Assembly (NCBI GenBank): GCA_965637545.1
Contig: OZ281501.1
Coordinates: forward strand, 8,370,001-8,434,000
Length of the DNA: 64,000 bases
DNA from: Phallusia mammillata
Taxonomy: Eukaryota
Direction of reading: 5' to 3'
Positions 49,104 through 64,000 of the stretch are shown piece by piece; within the stretch, counting starts at the first letter, position 1, and every line of letters begins with the position of its first letter. The notes under the pieces are model-generated. The model saw only the letters and a list, made by a program, of their open reading frames with translations, was not told the origin of the DNA and did not search any database. A program made the translations under genes and the position numbers.

Positions 49104-52100
49104 ATGGCAGAAATAAAAATGCCAGTTAGGGTTCTGCAAAGTGGAAAAGTCTATCGTCAGATGTTTGATGCTGAAGTTCAGCTTATGAAGAAACTGGAAT
49201 CAAGCAAAAACAATAAGCCTTTAGCATCACTTCATGAACCCACTGAGAATTTTTCCTTGCCTGAATTGCCAAAAAACAAAACTGACCATGCCATGGTTTC
49301 CAGACAAGAAGGGGCTGCCTCCAAACTGACTGCAAACAATATACTGACTGACAGACAGCGAACATGGAAAGATGGAATGCCCAATGATTCTGTAACTGAA
49401 AACCCTGTAGTTTACAGGTTGGTCTACTGTAATGTGATGTTAATTTGTTATTTCATCATCTGTCTATTAATAAAACTACTTTTTTTGATGTAACATACAT
49501 AGTGGTTCTTGTTATACTCGTCTTGACTTTGCCCCAATAGCTGGCTGAAACTGGTATAGAAATCAGGTCAAGATTTTCATACCGTTCAAGCACTAAAATG
49601 ACCCTTTGAAGCAATTTTACTTATAGTTATCATTTCAGGACTTGACTAAAGTATCCATGAAACAAATTAATCTCAAATTGTAACTTATATAGGCAACTTA
49701 CAACTGAAGCAGCTGTAAAACTGCAAGAAAAAGATGTTGACATTGAAACTAGAGAAGTTAGAGGACTTCCAAACATCATTCATGTTGTTAAAAAGGATTC
49801 AGACATTATTCACAGAATTGCTGAAAAGAGAAAAGAAAGGTAGGGATTTTGTTTAATAAAGCAATACAAATATGAATGTGCTCTTGTTATTTCAATGGTT
49901 TATTATCATTTTGTTACTGTAATATACCATATTTTTGTCGTAAAATGCTCGTGATACTTGATTTAGACATGATAAAACATTGGATGAAATGCATCGTGAT
50001 TTAAGCATGATCAGCAACAGGGTGGAACCTCGTATTACATCGATTGGCGAAAATTTGCAGAAGCAACTAAAGGATGATGACACAGAGATTGAAGTTACAT
50101 TTAGGTACGCACGAATGAGTTTGTCTTATTTGAAAATTTTACACAGTTTGATACAGAGGCCCTAAAACAAGTTGAACAGGATACAATACAGTATGTTAAA
50201 AACACTATCATTTGCTAATGTTGAAATTTGCTGCAGTCATGTGACAATTCAAAACCCTATGATGCTTAAATTAAGTGTGTGTAATACATTTGGCAGTTTC
50301 CAAGAAAGCTCGTAGTTCCTATTTTTATCAAATAGACCAGGGTAATCCAAACTCCAGCATGCAGGTCATATACAGCCAGGGTCTTTCTTTTGGACCACAA
50401 AGTTTTCCTCAAACATTAATGTGATTTGTCATGCTATCCGTCTTAGACCTGAAACAGATTCCAAATCTAACAAACCAAGTTAATATTGACTCTGAAAAGC
50501 AATGGTACCATAACTGATTAATTTTTTAGCAAATGTTTAAAACATATGTGGAATGCCTCCCTCAAAGTTTATAATTGCGAATTTTCAACTGAACACCCTG
50601 GTTTGGAACCACCACATTAGGCTTACATGAACCTGTGACTACACTTTGCCCGTTCATTTCATAAAACTTTCATGGTAACTTTTAATCTGTCAAGAAAAAA
50701 TATTATTTTTTCCCCAAAACACATTTTTTCACATTTTTTAAGTTTGTTTTAACTTATAGTTATATAGTAATAAGGAACATTTTACCATTAGTGAATATAT
50801 ATACTTTTATTATCTTTCATGTGAAAACAGTAAATATCTCACATTGTGACTAAGACGACAGTTTTGCTTAACATTCATTTCATTTTTAGTGAAATTGAGG
50901 ATGACGATGATCTCATCCATTTTACTTTTGATCAATTGGAAGATCTTTGGAATCGAATTGAATCACATTCAGGTATTCGCAGGGAATGGATAAAGAATGC
51001 TGGAGAATGGTTGAATCAAGTAGAAGATGAACGCTTGCAAGCAGTAAATATTAACTTTATACATTATGCTAGGTGGATCTTCATTATGTAGATCAGAGTG
51101 GTCACAGTCCCAAATAATACACTTTTAATTATCAAATAGTAGGTCAATATGTATCTGTTGTGAAGCAACAGGGGCATTTGCACTTATTGTGATTGCATAA
51201 ATGCATTTTTTTTCTTTTGCTAATATCAGCCCTTGTAAGAACTTTGAACTTTAGGTATTAAAACATAAAGTCTTATAAATGGCAAATTCAGTCCTTTCAC
51301 GCAAAAAGTTTCTACTTAACAGTCTGAACCTTTTTATGGCCCTCCATTGGGTTAGTCTTGGACACTGATGTAGATATATGTGCATGCAGTTTTTTTGGTG
51401 ATTAGTTTTGTGTTACTATGTGAGTGTCTACATAAGTGTATTTAAAATACAATTATTTACATTTAGATATCAGGAGTTCTTCACAAATTCACACTGAAAC
51501 TTGAGAAAGTGGCAAGTCAGTCAAAAGCTGATATTCACAGATTGATTGAGAAGGAATCAATGATGATTAATCAAAGTGTGCTAGCTAACAGGTGAAATGA
51601 TAGTCATAAATTACATTGTTCTTTAGTAATTTTTTGGGGATGTATGACTTTTTTGGGTTTGATACACAGTCTAATCGATAACATGTTTGAACATGCTACT
51701 TATTTTGTAGACGTGCCTTTGCCAAACTTGACACAAATCTTTTGGAGAGTGATATTGAGCGTGAAATCTCACAACACATGACATGGGAGGAGAGAGTCAA
51801 AGATTGGAAAAAACTTAATGCAGAAATAGCTGTCAAAGAATTTATGTAAGAATATGTCTGCAAATTATCTTGCCAATGAATGTATTGTATTCTTTTTCAA
51901 TTTCAAACTAAATGCTAGCTACAATGAATAAACCATTTGTCTGTTTAAAGTTTCTTTATGGAGACTGATGAAATTTTGGAACCTCCAGAAGTAAAAGAAG
52001 TTATGGAAAGTTTGTTGGCAGAGCAGAGAAGACTTTCCAATGATCGCAAGGAAATGCTGGAGCAACTAAAAGAGCTGAAGGTTTACTAGAATTCTAATCA

Positions 52101-55100
52101 CCACTAATGCAAACTTGAAATCATTTGTAGCTACATGTTGTGTCTTTAAAGTAGACAGGTGTCATTTTTTTGTACATAAAGGAATTAGCGTGTTTTAACT
52201 GCAACAAAAAGTAAATTTAAAAAGATAATACTATCAAATTTAAACCGGAAAAACGTTTCATTTTTACGATTTTCCTAAAACCAGTTTCTCATTACGGAAG
52301 AGAATAAGATTAGTCGTTATAGGCAGGTTGTTTATTCCGTTTTTTCTTTCTGGTACCAGTATTTTCACTTCTTTTGGGTTGACCGAAACTAATTTATTGC
52401 AGTATTATGTAGTATTTCGGCCTCAACAACAATATCTCCATTCGTGGTCTTTGCTCCGAACTAAACCCTGAAAGCAATTTGCAAGACATAACCATTATTA
52501 TCAGGTGGTAATTGTATCACACAACTTCTAAAATTTACCAGACGGCTCCAATTAGCCAGATGGGATTACCAAATCTTGAAGCATATTCTTCTATTGCGCT
52601 TCCAGGCCGAAACACCGATATGTATTTTGTTCCACACTGGTGACGTTTTAGGTCAAAATCTGTAATCACCTCCAAGTGGATGAAAGGGATGGACCACAAT
52701 GCACTACCCTTTATTTAGTACTTCTTTAAACCTTCTACAAAAGCTTTTGTTTGAAGTCGACTTGAAGAGACATAACCTTTTACAATTTTACCGTGAACAG
52801 CCAAGTGTTACATGTTTGAAACGCTAGCCTTTGTACTGAAACACTAGTAAGACAAAGTTGCACCCGAAACACAGTAGTTTTGCCTTCTGTTTAGGCGCCT
52901 TTTGACTTACTAATTACACCACACCCAAAGCCCTTGTCTCGTGTGGTCAATAACATAACCGCATACCTGCCTGGGAACTCTGTCCTCATGTGTAGTGTGT
53001 CAATCAGTGTCTTTGTTGCGTTATGATTGGCAGACGCTTAACAGGGTTTGGTTGTCATGTACGTGTAAGGTTCGTAAACAGGTCACGTATAATCGAATAA
53101 GGGGCTGTGAATCATGAACTGACAAATGTGAGGGGATTTCATTACAATTTTTGATTTGCAGTAATGTAATGCTATAAATGCAATTTTTGTGACATTTAAC
53201 ATGTGTTTTGTGCAAATATTTAAAAATCTTTTTTTTCTGTGGATGCTTACACACAGGTTTTTTTTAAGGTTTGGTTTGGGTGACCGCTAAGTAGTTTTAA
53301 GAGACCACAAGTGTTTCATTTAAATACCAAAAAATAGCCATATTTGCTTTTTGGGAAACCGCTGGAGAAATTTGGGGGACCGTTTCGGTCCCCCAAAACA
53401 CCTTAAAAAACACTGCTTACACATGTAATTTTGTAAACAATAAAAATATCTGCATCTGCAGGATATGAGTGTCTTTATCTTGTGATTATTTTCCAGCCTC
53501 CTACATCCACCAAACCATCCGTGTACAAATGGAACTCAGCCCTGAGCAAAGCGAATGAAGAGTTGGATAAACTTCATCTCAAACTGGTTCGTTCACTTCA
53601 CGAGAAATACGAGACCACGTGTCAGCTATGCTTGTCCGAGATTGAGAAATACAAGGTAACTTTAAAGACGAATAAACGTTGTATAAGAACAACTAGATTA
53701 ACCTTGACCCCAGTTTGTTTGCTTCACAGTGAAAATATACGCAAGATAGTTAGGATTCAATTGCAAGCGTGTGATTTAAATTTATTTTAACTTACCGAAT
53801 TTTATTGGGCTAAATCAAAATTACAAAAGTCATTGCTCAATTAACGACAAGGCTTTAAAAACAATTTTAAAACTCGAGTCCGCGAGTACAACAAAGTTAT
53901 TAATTAGCCCTTAATAATAGGTAGTGGACAATAGGGTAATATCACAGGAATCATTAAAGTTGGCTTTTTCCGAAACTGCCCCAGTATGATTAGTAACAAT
54001 CTAAAATGCGGTTCTCCTATGACACATGGATGTGCTTAAATTTTTAAACATTTCGGCGTAAATAAACAGTAACCACGTGGCTATCCGTCACTGATGACGT
54101 CAATTACGTGTGGGGAAAGTTAAGATCTAATCTTAAAACTTAAAAAGTCATTTCTCAAAACAACTACAACTTTGTTCTTGTAATCTATGTTGCATAAACA
54201 ACGTTCAACAGCTATTTATATTTTAAAACGTGTGACAAGCTACAGGAGTTGCTCCCAAATGTGGCAAAATCCCGTGTTGATATTCTGTGTTGTGTTTGTT
54301 TGATGTTGTAGGTGTCTTTAACGGCAAAGGTTGGTATATGTTGTACTTTGACTGCTGTCCTGTGGGAGTCTGTAAAGTCAGATGCAATCCTTTAAAACCT
54401 AGTGGAAATTTGCTGTGGCGAATAAGCAGCAAAATGTGTTTGTCATGTTAGCCCAGGGATTTGGAAAGTTTAAATAGCGTTTGGGACAAACGTTTGCAAG
54501 AACGAAATTTCCTTGGGGGTTTTGTTTTTCCCCCCACAAATAATCGAGTGCAACAGGATTAGATTAGGTGTTAAAAAGTTACATTGTTTGTTAAACCAAT
54601 GGACATTTTATCTTTTAACACAGACGTTTTTTCAGACCACTATTTTTATTATGACTTCTTTTATTGTTTAAAAAAAATATCAAGTGTGTTATTTTGTAGC
54701 TTTTATAACGTTTGAAATGCCCTTTGTGTATTTAGTTTCTTAACGTCGCATACCTGGAGATGAAAATTCCTGGAAACACTAAACCTTAAAAACTAAACTT
54801 GAGATAACTGTTTCTTGGGAAAAATTATTCTTCGAATCTTACTTTGACCTGGCGCGTGTAGGAACCACAAAGTTGCTTTAACTAATCCGCTTAATCCAGA
54901 GCACGATAGTGCAATAGCTTGCCGCTTCTGAAATGACATGTGCTTGCTTCCGCGCTCAGGATAATTTCTTTTCAGACAGTGATTCATGTTGTAGTTTAGG
55001 GCAGTTTGTTGACATTACAAAATCCGCTGCTTGGTTGAGCCGGATGTTTTCTATTTGCGCGGGTTTATCCGCAAACATGATGACGTCACGGCGCTAAAAT

Positions 55101-58100
55101 TTCTATGGCAGGTTTACCGTTTGCGGTTCAAGGGTAAAGGACCGTGGTTAAACACAAATAATGAAATCCTTAGCGTCCGCTATACATAAGAACGGTTTAT
55201 CGCATATTTGCCCAAGTGTTGCGGGAAATTCCGCACCATTCGTCATCAAAATGACGTCATCGTATCGCAGCAGGGGCGTGAATCACGGCAGTCGGTAAAA
55301 ATCACTTACTTTCTAATTGTACCACACGGGGAGACCTACTTTCTTTGGCGTTTTCAAACAGTGCAACTCCTTTTCTTGTCAGCACGGATCGCATAACGCC
55401 TTACAATAACGGTGTAACTTCTGCGTTTATTCGTCGTTCAAGAGTCCTTCCATTAATGTTCGCTATTTTTTTGTAACCAAATCGAATAAACCTAACTCCA
55501 ATCACAAATTGTTAAATATATGTTATAACATGTAAAGCAAGTCCTGTACAATACATGCAATTGCCCGAAAAATAGTTTTACTGCAATGTAAACTGGTTGT
55601 TTTGGAACTGCAGAAAACTCATCTAATCTTTGGCCCTTTTTTGACATTTGACAACAATTGAAACCGTCAGTGGGAGTGAAAAGATTGTTGACAAAACGTT
55701 GTTTTGTTTACGCTTTACAGGGACTTTGAATTACAAATCATAATCATTGTTTTTCTTCTAGCAAAATCTGCTTTCGTCAAAAGTTTGTGATGAGGAGGAC
55801 ATGAGAAGGATCGTGAATGAACATCTTCTTCCCATGGTCGGAAGCAGACTTCGCAGTTTTGAAAAAAGGCTAGAAGAGATGGACGTAAGTTATACCGATA
55901 AGTTGTTGAGTAAAAACTTAAAACCCTTATGATTAAACTTAAGTGTTTTCAAAACTACAGCTGCCGAACTCGTTACCCAAGAAAATGTTTTGGTGTAATT
56001 GTTATCGATTTGGTCTAAATTTTATCTATCTTTTTTCAAGCCGCATCATGACTTTATTTCAGCAATCTATCTCACATTGTAACATAGTGCGTTTTGCACT
56101 CTTTGACATCTTGTTTTTAGCAAATGTTGGAGTCGCTTGCCACTCGGACCGAACGTCAACTAAAGCGATTGTTCAAATTCGCACAAGGTGCAGCTCATCT
56201 GTGGGATGTTCATGAGATTGGTTTGGCACGACAAGAAAGAATATTAGAGGTGCACTTGTAACTATATGTGTTAAAAATACATTTGTCTGTTCCTTACAAT
56301 ATGTTTGTTAGGTAATATGCTGCCACTAACTACCCTACAGAAACACTTAATGTTTGTGCTGAAGATGACCAACTGTTTGCCTTAACAGTTTATAAGAGTC
56401 ACAGAAAACTTTACGACATAAATACACAAAGTTGTAAACGGGCTCAAACCTGGCGCGATTCCAAAACACCAAACCCTAAACTCGATTAAACCCGAGTAAA
56501 AGCCCAAATTAGGTAGACCGAAGACAAAATTACGTCACAACTGAGGTCGAATTTAAAACATTACAACCAGCACGATATATAAGGTAATGTGGTTTAGAAC
56601 GAGCTGGAGCACACACGTCAGCTCCACGACACCGACAACCAGGAAAGAGAGACGAAACTTGACGTCGCATTGGATCGCTTGAGACAGGAGAGCACTGATG
56701 AAGCTCTCTCTACATGTCTTGATCAATGCATGGAAATGTTGGCTCATATAAAAGACGGGTAAGCTTCGTAAGAAAAAAACTTCGAAACATAAACTTTCGA
56801 TCGTTTCATTTAACTTGCATTCAAAACATTGCTGAATTACGACCAATATTGTTTACGACAAAATGGCTTAGGAAAATCTGATACACTGTTTGCGTTTACC
56901 AATGGTTTTAATTATAAAATTTTATGACAAAAGTTATGCAATTACCCATTTAAAAAAAATTACAAAGGCGCTTTTTTGAGAAAAAGACAACTATTTTTCA
57001 CCAGAAAAATCGTTATTTTAGATACAAGGAGTTTCACGTGTTGCAAGTCCAAAAAACTGCTAACTACCCCTCCATGGTCAGTGAGGAGCTGACAAAATAC
57101 GATGAGACTCTTTGCAAGTTTTTTAACGTCGATCGCACAAATCCTGAAGCCGAGGTTTGGTCTAACTCTAAAACAAAATTTTGAAATATTTTTTTTTGAG
57201 TGGAAGCATTTTGAGGTGTAACCGAGGTCAAAGTTTTTTGCAAACAAACAGTTTTGTGTTTTAATGTATTTTGTGACGTCAGGGGACAACAAATGTGCCG
57301 AGAACAGGAAAGAAAAAGAAACCCAAGAAGAATGAAAGAGTAAAGTCACCTACCAGTGTAAAAAGCGTTTATTAGCCTTTTATTTTTATCATATTTCACA
57401 TATATTTACACACCAGGCGACCACCTGCGGAAATGAGCCATCAGGTGAAAAATCTAATTGAAAGAGTTCGTGCTCAAGAAACAGTTCAAATTATGTAAAA
57501 TATAAAGTGCAGCAAGGATAGTGAATCTTATAGAACTGAAAACCAGACCGCACCTCAAGGCAGTGGCCACAGTTAATTAGTGTAGAAACGTTTCTCACAT
57601 AAAGTTTTTTTGTTTGCTGTTGGGATATTGATGTTTGTTTCATTTTTCAAAACCTATTTAACCTCGTATACTTTGCCTCATTTGCGTTAGGAGAAGAGAA
57701 AAAGAAAACGAGAAAGTGACGGTGATGAAACTGAGTTGGATAAAATTGTGCGAGAAATATTGACAACGGACAAAGGGACAAACTTTTGCGTCATCACTCA
57801 AGCTGACCTTGAAGATTTTGAAGACGCAGGGGCGCCATCAAGCGACGATGAGATTTCTAAATCTACTTTCCTTACTGAACTTCAAGGTCTATATTTACAC
57901 ATTTTTTTACAAACCAGTAAAATATGACCTGTAACTAGTTTGTGGTATTGACGACTGGTTTGTATTTTAAAGTATGTTAAGCAGGATAACAAAGTGAAGT
58001 ATTATTAATTACAGGTGGCAGTGACCCGGACAAAATGCCTGACTACATAAAGTGTGTTTATCTTGAATCGTCCTATGTGACGGATCTGAAGAAAACGTAA

Positions 58101-61100
58101 GAATAAAACACTTGATGCTTTTATTTACTGTTTAGAAATCTGTCGGTTGATTTAATGAAATTTGCAAATCGAAGTTTTAGTCGTTAAACTCATAACGGTA
58201 AAATTGATGAAAAGTGTTTTAATGTCTGGTAGAAAATGCATTATTTGACTATATTTTATTACAGAAGACTAAAAAAATAACTAAGAAACAAAATTGCCAG
58301 CGATGTAGAACAAAACGAAAACATTTTTTCAAGCAAAATTTTCACTGGTGATGACAATTGCTTTTGTCGAAACGTTTGCTTAATAAAACGCCTACGTTTT
58401 ATTCTACAATTTTTTTAAAACATTTGTTGGCAATTTTGTGTTTAGTAACGATAGCTTTCTTTGTTCTTATCCATGTATGTCTTTTTATTTTAGCGTCCGA
58501 CTTAACTTTCTAAACCACTTGGAGCAATGGAAGGAGAAGGCATCGAACAACGCACATGCCACATCCAGGAGCAAACAGGAGGAGCTCGTGTCTGAACTTG
58601 ACCTCCGTCTCCATCTTCATGCTCCGAGAGCGAAGCGGATCGAAGTTGACGTCAGAAACGTCAGAGCTGGTAAGGTTACTCGCGGTCAAGTAAGGTACTA
58701 ATGTTAGGATAAATTTGTCAAAACATTACCGACAACGTGATTGGTATTAGAATTCATTGATTGCAGTGAAAAAATTCTCTTTTTATTGTTCTCCTTTCAA
58801 GCAGAGGACATATATAGTTTTTTTTTCGGTATAATTCAAATTGTAATTTTGGTATTTTTTCATAGTTTTGAATTTCGGGTTATTGTGCACAAACAAGGAT
58901 ACTTTCTAGTACAAATATTTAATGACAAATATTATGTTTCAGCGGAACTAGTTTTGCACAAAGAGAGGGTAACACGTCACTGTAGGGGAATAACCGCTGC
59001 CCTGGCAACTTTGAAACACGAGTTCAGTGAAATGACGAAACAGCATGATGAACAGGCGGCCAAGTTCAAAGCACAGGTCGAGAGCACCGAAGACGTGTTT
59101 CTTCATGCAAACAAGTCCACCAAGTAAGTGTTGTGAATGATTTAAACACATAGAGAGGTCATTCCTAACCTATCCGTCAAATACCTTTGCATGTTTTTAC
59201 ATTTTTTATGAGTTTGTTATTACTCGTTGTTTTGCAAGGCACCATTAGGTTTGTGTAATGTTTTTTGACAGACTGTGAGTGTTTTATATTCCCTCAAGTA
59301 GCATTTTTGCATCCCCTATAACTAGAACAACGAGGCTTCTATTTTACCTCCAAAATACATTTTAACGCTGTGCAATGTTTTACAGCTTTGTGTTTAGGTG
59401 TGTTGCTATTTTGCACACAATTTTGCGTGAAAGCATTTCCCGGCCAACAATGTCACTAAGTAAAGTTTGTATTTATCGATACTTTTGTTTGCTTTTACAA
59501 ACTCTTAAACACACTGGCCTATACTGTTTTTAGCTTTGATTGTTATTTTACGCTAGGCTGGTTGATCTAAATACTTCCCTGCACAAAGACCTGGAAGGTT
59601 ACGTCGAAGACATCAAAGCGTCCCTACGTCGGTTCCGTCAAAAACTAGATGTGACATTAAGCAGGTTAAGGACTTCCAACGCCCAGTGTGTGAGAGCTTT
59701 CAAGTAAGTTTATCTGTTCATAGTCCATGAAAGAAATATAATGGCCCAAATAGATGTAAAAAGGCGCCATGGTTTATTTTTGAACGTAGATAACACTGAC
59801 ATAATTTAACAGTATTTTGTCATACTGTGCCTAATGCAAAACTAGGCAAACATACGTTTTATGGACAAAAAGATTTTTTATGGACAAAAAGATTCAATCC
59901 AAATTTTCCTGTGTTGTAAAGACTTTTTGCTGAGGGTGGCAACTTCTCACCAGAAGAAACAATCCCACTTCGCAAGAAGTTGGAGAAAATGGCCCAGAAA
60001 GTGGACATTTCTGAGGGAGCGATCATGAAGGATCTGGAAGGGATGGAATCGAAACGAATGGATCAGGCTACAGACGTGGTCAACAAGTTTGAAGACAGGT
60101 ACTCAATAAAACTACAATTAAAATATGCGTTGGTAAACTTTGGTTGTAAATTGAAAGGGGGATTTGTATTACAAGGTCGGAACGAAAACGCAAAGCATAT
60201 TTACAGTATAGTCAAACACTTTTTAGTTTATCTTAGTATTGCTTAAAAAAGAGAAGAATGTGTGTAAATACGTCTCGGGGATTCGAACTTATATTACTAA
60301 TTGATCATAACTTTCAGGTTTAAAAGTCACTTGGTCGATATGACGTTTATCGAAAAAATGAAGAGATGGCTGACGAACTCACAGACCCGAATTAAGACCG
60401 AGGTTGCCTATAGCAACGGAATGGCTGTGGAAGTTGGAAGTCATCTCAGCACATTACGACGTCGCGTGGATGCTTGTGAACGACCCAACATTGACAAAGA
60501 GGTAACATTTTCTGATTCACCGTCGTCAACCGTACAAAATTCAATTCACTTGTGTGTAAGTGTTTACAAGCTTGAATTGTAGGGGGGAAATACAGCAAAA
60601 ATGCAATTACGGAACACATTAATTTATTTAAAAACACGTATGAAGTACAAAGGGAACTGCGATATTAGATAAGACTTGCTTGATTTTAAGTAAAAAAGAA
60701 AGGTTGGTAACTTGGTATCAATTTTCACGGAAGATTTATTTACTTTCAAAAAAATAAAAACTCTGTCCTTTATTTTCACCGCGAATCAGTTTTCTAATTG
60801 AACCGTTTCTATCGGTAAACTCAACTACATTTTCTCTACAGAGCGTCACGCCTGAGCTGCTTCGTACTTACGTAGATGACGTAATGCAATGTCTTCACAA
60901 GAGGGCGCTGTACCTAAACTGCAAAAAGCTACCCCCTCTGCAATCGTCTGACAAAAATGGACAGGTGAACTAAAACTTGATTTTCCAAATATTTAAACAC
61001 TATTGATGTTTTCTACTTCGACGGATGACTTAACTTTTTTCAACAATTCCAGCAACATCCCGAATCCCAAAGTCAACGTTCTGATCAGCTTACTCCTGGT

Positions 61101-64000
61101 CCTCCTCTATCAGCTGGTATCATCCCACCAACACCGCTGTCAGCAGCTAAGATACGTTCTGTTTCGCCAGCTGGTACCAAGGTGCCATCGAAAACCACCA
61201 GCAGACAGGGATTGGACACGCAGGGATCGACTTATAGTAGAGGCGGCAGACAAGCTACGGAAGATGCTGCAATTGGTGTGATTAAAAATATATTAAGGTT
61301 GGTTGCTTTAACTGCATTATGGCCACTGTTGGGGATAACAGACTGATAAATAGACATATTTACGAAATGTACACAGAAATACAGTTTTGTAACAAAATAT
61401 TTAATGACATGTACAACGCATACAGTATCACTGTCATACTTTAACAAAGGCCTGACATTTACCTAAAAATACTGTTTTCAAACGTAATGTTAGCAACAAC
61501 AAAAGCATTTACGCACGTTGTATTCTAGGTAAGAATAATGTTGTCAGACGTTACCTTCAACTTAGTATGAATTTGTGTGCAGAGCTCAAAAAGGTATGAG
61601 TGGTGAATTTGAAGATTCGAGATCGATTATGACAGGAACCACACGACCACCCCCATCATCATCAAACTCACAAGTATGTGGAATTAAACTAGACTGTTTA
61701 GCAATATCACCTTGGGTGTATTACTTGGTCAAACCTTGTACCCCAGGAGAGCAAATTTTGTCAAGGTCAGGAATGGTTTTCAAAACATAAAGAAACAAAG
61801 AGACTGATCTATAGTTGCCTCATATGTGTGAGACAAACCGTTTACTGATGAAAAATGCTTGCTACTCAGCAAATTATGATACATAGATTTTGGCAGATAA
61901 TTGAGCCTTATATATCCTTGCGCCTATAAGAGTAAGATACTGCATTCGTTGTTTGTTACCAACCTGCAAATCCGTTTTTCGTTGCAAACAGATCGCCACC
62001 ACAGGCCGAATGCATCGGACATTTCAGCGACAAGGCACTCTGGTCAGTATTGCCGGGAGTTTGGGAGAATCAGAGGCAGGAAAAAAGACTCCCTCGGACG
62101 GGTAAGAGTTACCGCATTATTATGAGACGGAACCATTATCTGTTTTGTTTAACTTACTAATTAACATCTTGTACGCAAAGGTATTTTTTATGAATTGTGT
62201 CATGCCTTTGTTTTTTGAAAGTTTTTATGATTTTGTATTTTAGTGGCACATCTGGTGTGTACAAACGTCGAGAGACGAAGTTTGAGGCAAAGCACATGAT
62301 TTTCGGGGCAAGGCCTCCTGAAGGAACGCACTTTCTGGCAAAGGTAACAAGAAACCGTAACAAAAGCCATATATTTGCAACATCTTTATGTAAAAATCCT
62401 TTGAGTCTTACTAACTTTTTTATGGTTTCTTAGTTTCCAAATTTATTTTCTTGCATTGACGCACAAAAACTCGTTTTTTTAATTTCACTGGCCTGAAATT
62501 CACTTTAAAAAGCAAAACAATAAAACTCTTTGTCTGGTTGGAAACAGGAGTTTTTTGTTAAACAGACACAACAGATCTTGTACGAGACTTTGGACGGAAT
62601 GTTGTCCACGGCCGAAATCTTTTACAAACAGAAAGGATCACGTCAGCTGACACGGCCACAGCTGATACAAGTAAGAAGTAGTTGCAAATTTCCACACTAC
62701 ATTGTTTTAGCCTGAGCCTTGCCATATGGGAATACTTGGGTGAGTGACTTGACTCGGTATTGCACCTTCATAAGCCTGACGTACCGTGATTCAATTTGCT
62801 CTACCGATTGTTTTCGTATTTGTGGTAAACATTGGTTTCTTTTATCAGGACAACTTTGATCAATGCGCTGAAAAGGTTGTGGAAAAACTTGGAGGCTTTC
62901 AAAAACAAACACAAGAGTTCCACAATTCCTCACTGCAAGGTTAGACCAGAAATTTATTTGTTTAGTTCCTTATGTACATTTATTTGTACATGTACATTTT
63001 TACATTACATTTATATGAAAACGGAAATTGAAAACTATGTTATGCAAATAAATCGCCCATACAATTTAAATACATGTTCTAATCTTCGACCCTGTGGGCA
63101 GGCTTACAAGTATTGTCGAACTTTAAAGATTTTCGAAATTTGCTTCGGGAACTTGAAGAGGAAATGTGTCACGTGCCCAGACTCGTGTTGAACGATCTTC
63201 TCCAGCAAGAGTTGGATGATCTCAACAGAGGACAGAATCAAATCCAGGATGAGTTTCGGAGCAGGGAGAAGAAGTGGGATGAGGAAAAGGTGTTTGAAAA
63301 TCGTTCTTAACATTTTTAACAATTCGAAATAAAAATAAAAAACTTTAGGAAGACTTTGTTTCAAACAGAAAAAATAAGTTTATGCAGGCATCAATTTCCA
63401 TTTTTATGTTGCGTTTGAATATTTTTAAGAGCTTATTTTTTTTGTATTGTAATAAAGTAATGCGATCTATGTAAAAATATACAAACTATTTCTACGTCAT
63501 TTCGTTTCTAAATTGCAAAAATGAAAAAGTCTCTTTCAACAGCAGCGAAGAAAGAAACCTAACTACAAAGATTAACATTTTGCTAAACTGAAATTTGTTT
63601 ACCAGAAATCGCATAAACATGAATTGCGACCAACAATGGGTCATCCTGATCAAGAACCTTCACTGCTCGAACTTTCTCAACGAGAACTCGATAGACAGGT
63701 GAAACTTTTATGATGTCGGTTTTGTACTCATTCTGCTACTTGTTTTGAAAATAATCCTGATTAACGCTGACTTGTAAAAGAATGACTGATTGTTATAAAT
63801 TTAAATGAGATTGTGGTTTAAATTTGAAATGTGATGTCGGTTCTCATAGGATCGTCAGGTGACAGGTATAGAGGAACATTCGCGCTGCAAACAAGAAAAC
63901 GTTCGAGAATGTGCTTCGCGCTTTGTTGATCGCATCACGGCCTGTTCTGCTCAACTGTTACGTCAGTACGACGGCCTGCTTACAATCGATGACGTCATCG
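49104..64000 (+). CDS. CCDC180: Coiled-coil domain-containing protein 180 (DUF4455/DUF4456), about 30 exons, continues past the window end
   Basis: Exons: 49104-49417, 49693-49839, 49967-50104, 50890-51043, 51467-51591, 51711-51845, 51951-52080, 53497-53655, 55762-55884, 56121-56249, 56598-56758, 57022-57154, about 57283-57339, 57691-57886, 58015-58096, 58494-58669, 58943-59123, 59557-59703, 59922-60098, 60318-60501, 60842-60964, 61053-61297, 61583-61673, 61992-62101, 62244-62343, 62566-62670, 62849-62939, 63129-63289, 63606-63698, 63850-end. Phases are consistent. Motifs match recalled CCDC180: SGKVYRQMFDAEVQL, MPNDSVTENPV, LFAEGGNFSPEE, LRPTMGHP. Confidence 0.9.
50338..50600. mobile_element. 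Possible old Charlie-like MITE
   Basis: CAGGGT...ACCCTG ends only. The TSD does not match. Confidence 0.3.
53254..53415. mobile_element. Short hAT MITE in a CCDC180 intron
   Basis: Imperfect TIRs CAGGTTTTTTTTAAGGT / ACCTTAAAAAACACTG and a perfect 8-bp TSD CTTACACA (53246-53253 and 53416-53423). Confidence 0.75.

Noticed and set aside
57283-57444. Extra 28-nt CCDC180 exon (57417-57444)
   Set aside because: It would need a weak phase-2 donor (GTCACC). The flanking exons already join in frame without it, so it cannot be resolved without transcripts.

Overview
AT-rich, intron-dense eukaryotic genomic DNA, most likely an invertebrate chordate. An ascidian/tunicate is inferred from gene content, intron sizes and an operon-like gene pair, not proven. 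I rebuilt five genes exon by exon from splice signals and reading-frame continuity. Minus strand: a QSOX sulfhydryl oxidase (382-11423), a single-exon COA3 (11578-11859) and a classical dynamin (15284-34300). Plus strand: a secreted MSMP/beta-microseminoprotein-like gene (46098-47902) and CCDC180 (49104 to beyond the window end). Introns and intergenic DNA carry several non-autonomous DNA transposons: hAT MITEs with 8-bp TSDs, two Helentron/DINE-like copies and a 2.4-kb foldback element. Most notable observations: (1) a duplicated, frame-enforced mutually exclusive exon pair in the QSOX Trx1 domain, with UGCAUG motifs between the two exons; (2) a foldback transposon whose decayed ORF closely resembles the N-terminal domain of vertebrate ARL14EP as I recall that sequence, suggesting the domain is transposase-derived; (3) a 6-nt dynamin microexon with neural-microexon architecture, plus a PRD cassette exon; (4) a probable COA3-QSOX dicistronic unit; (5) a three-level nested transposon stack with an empty-site paralog in the same window. 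Homology calls rest on recalled family sequences and need database confirmation.
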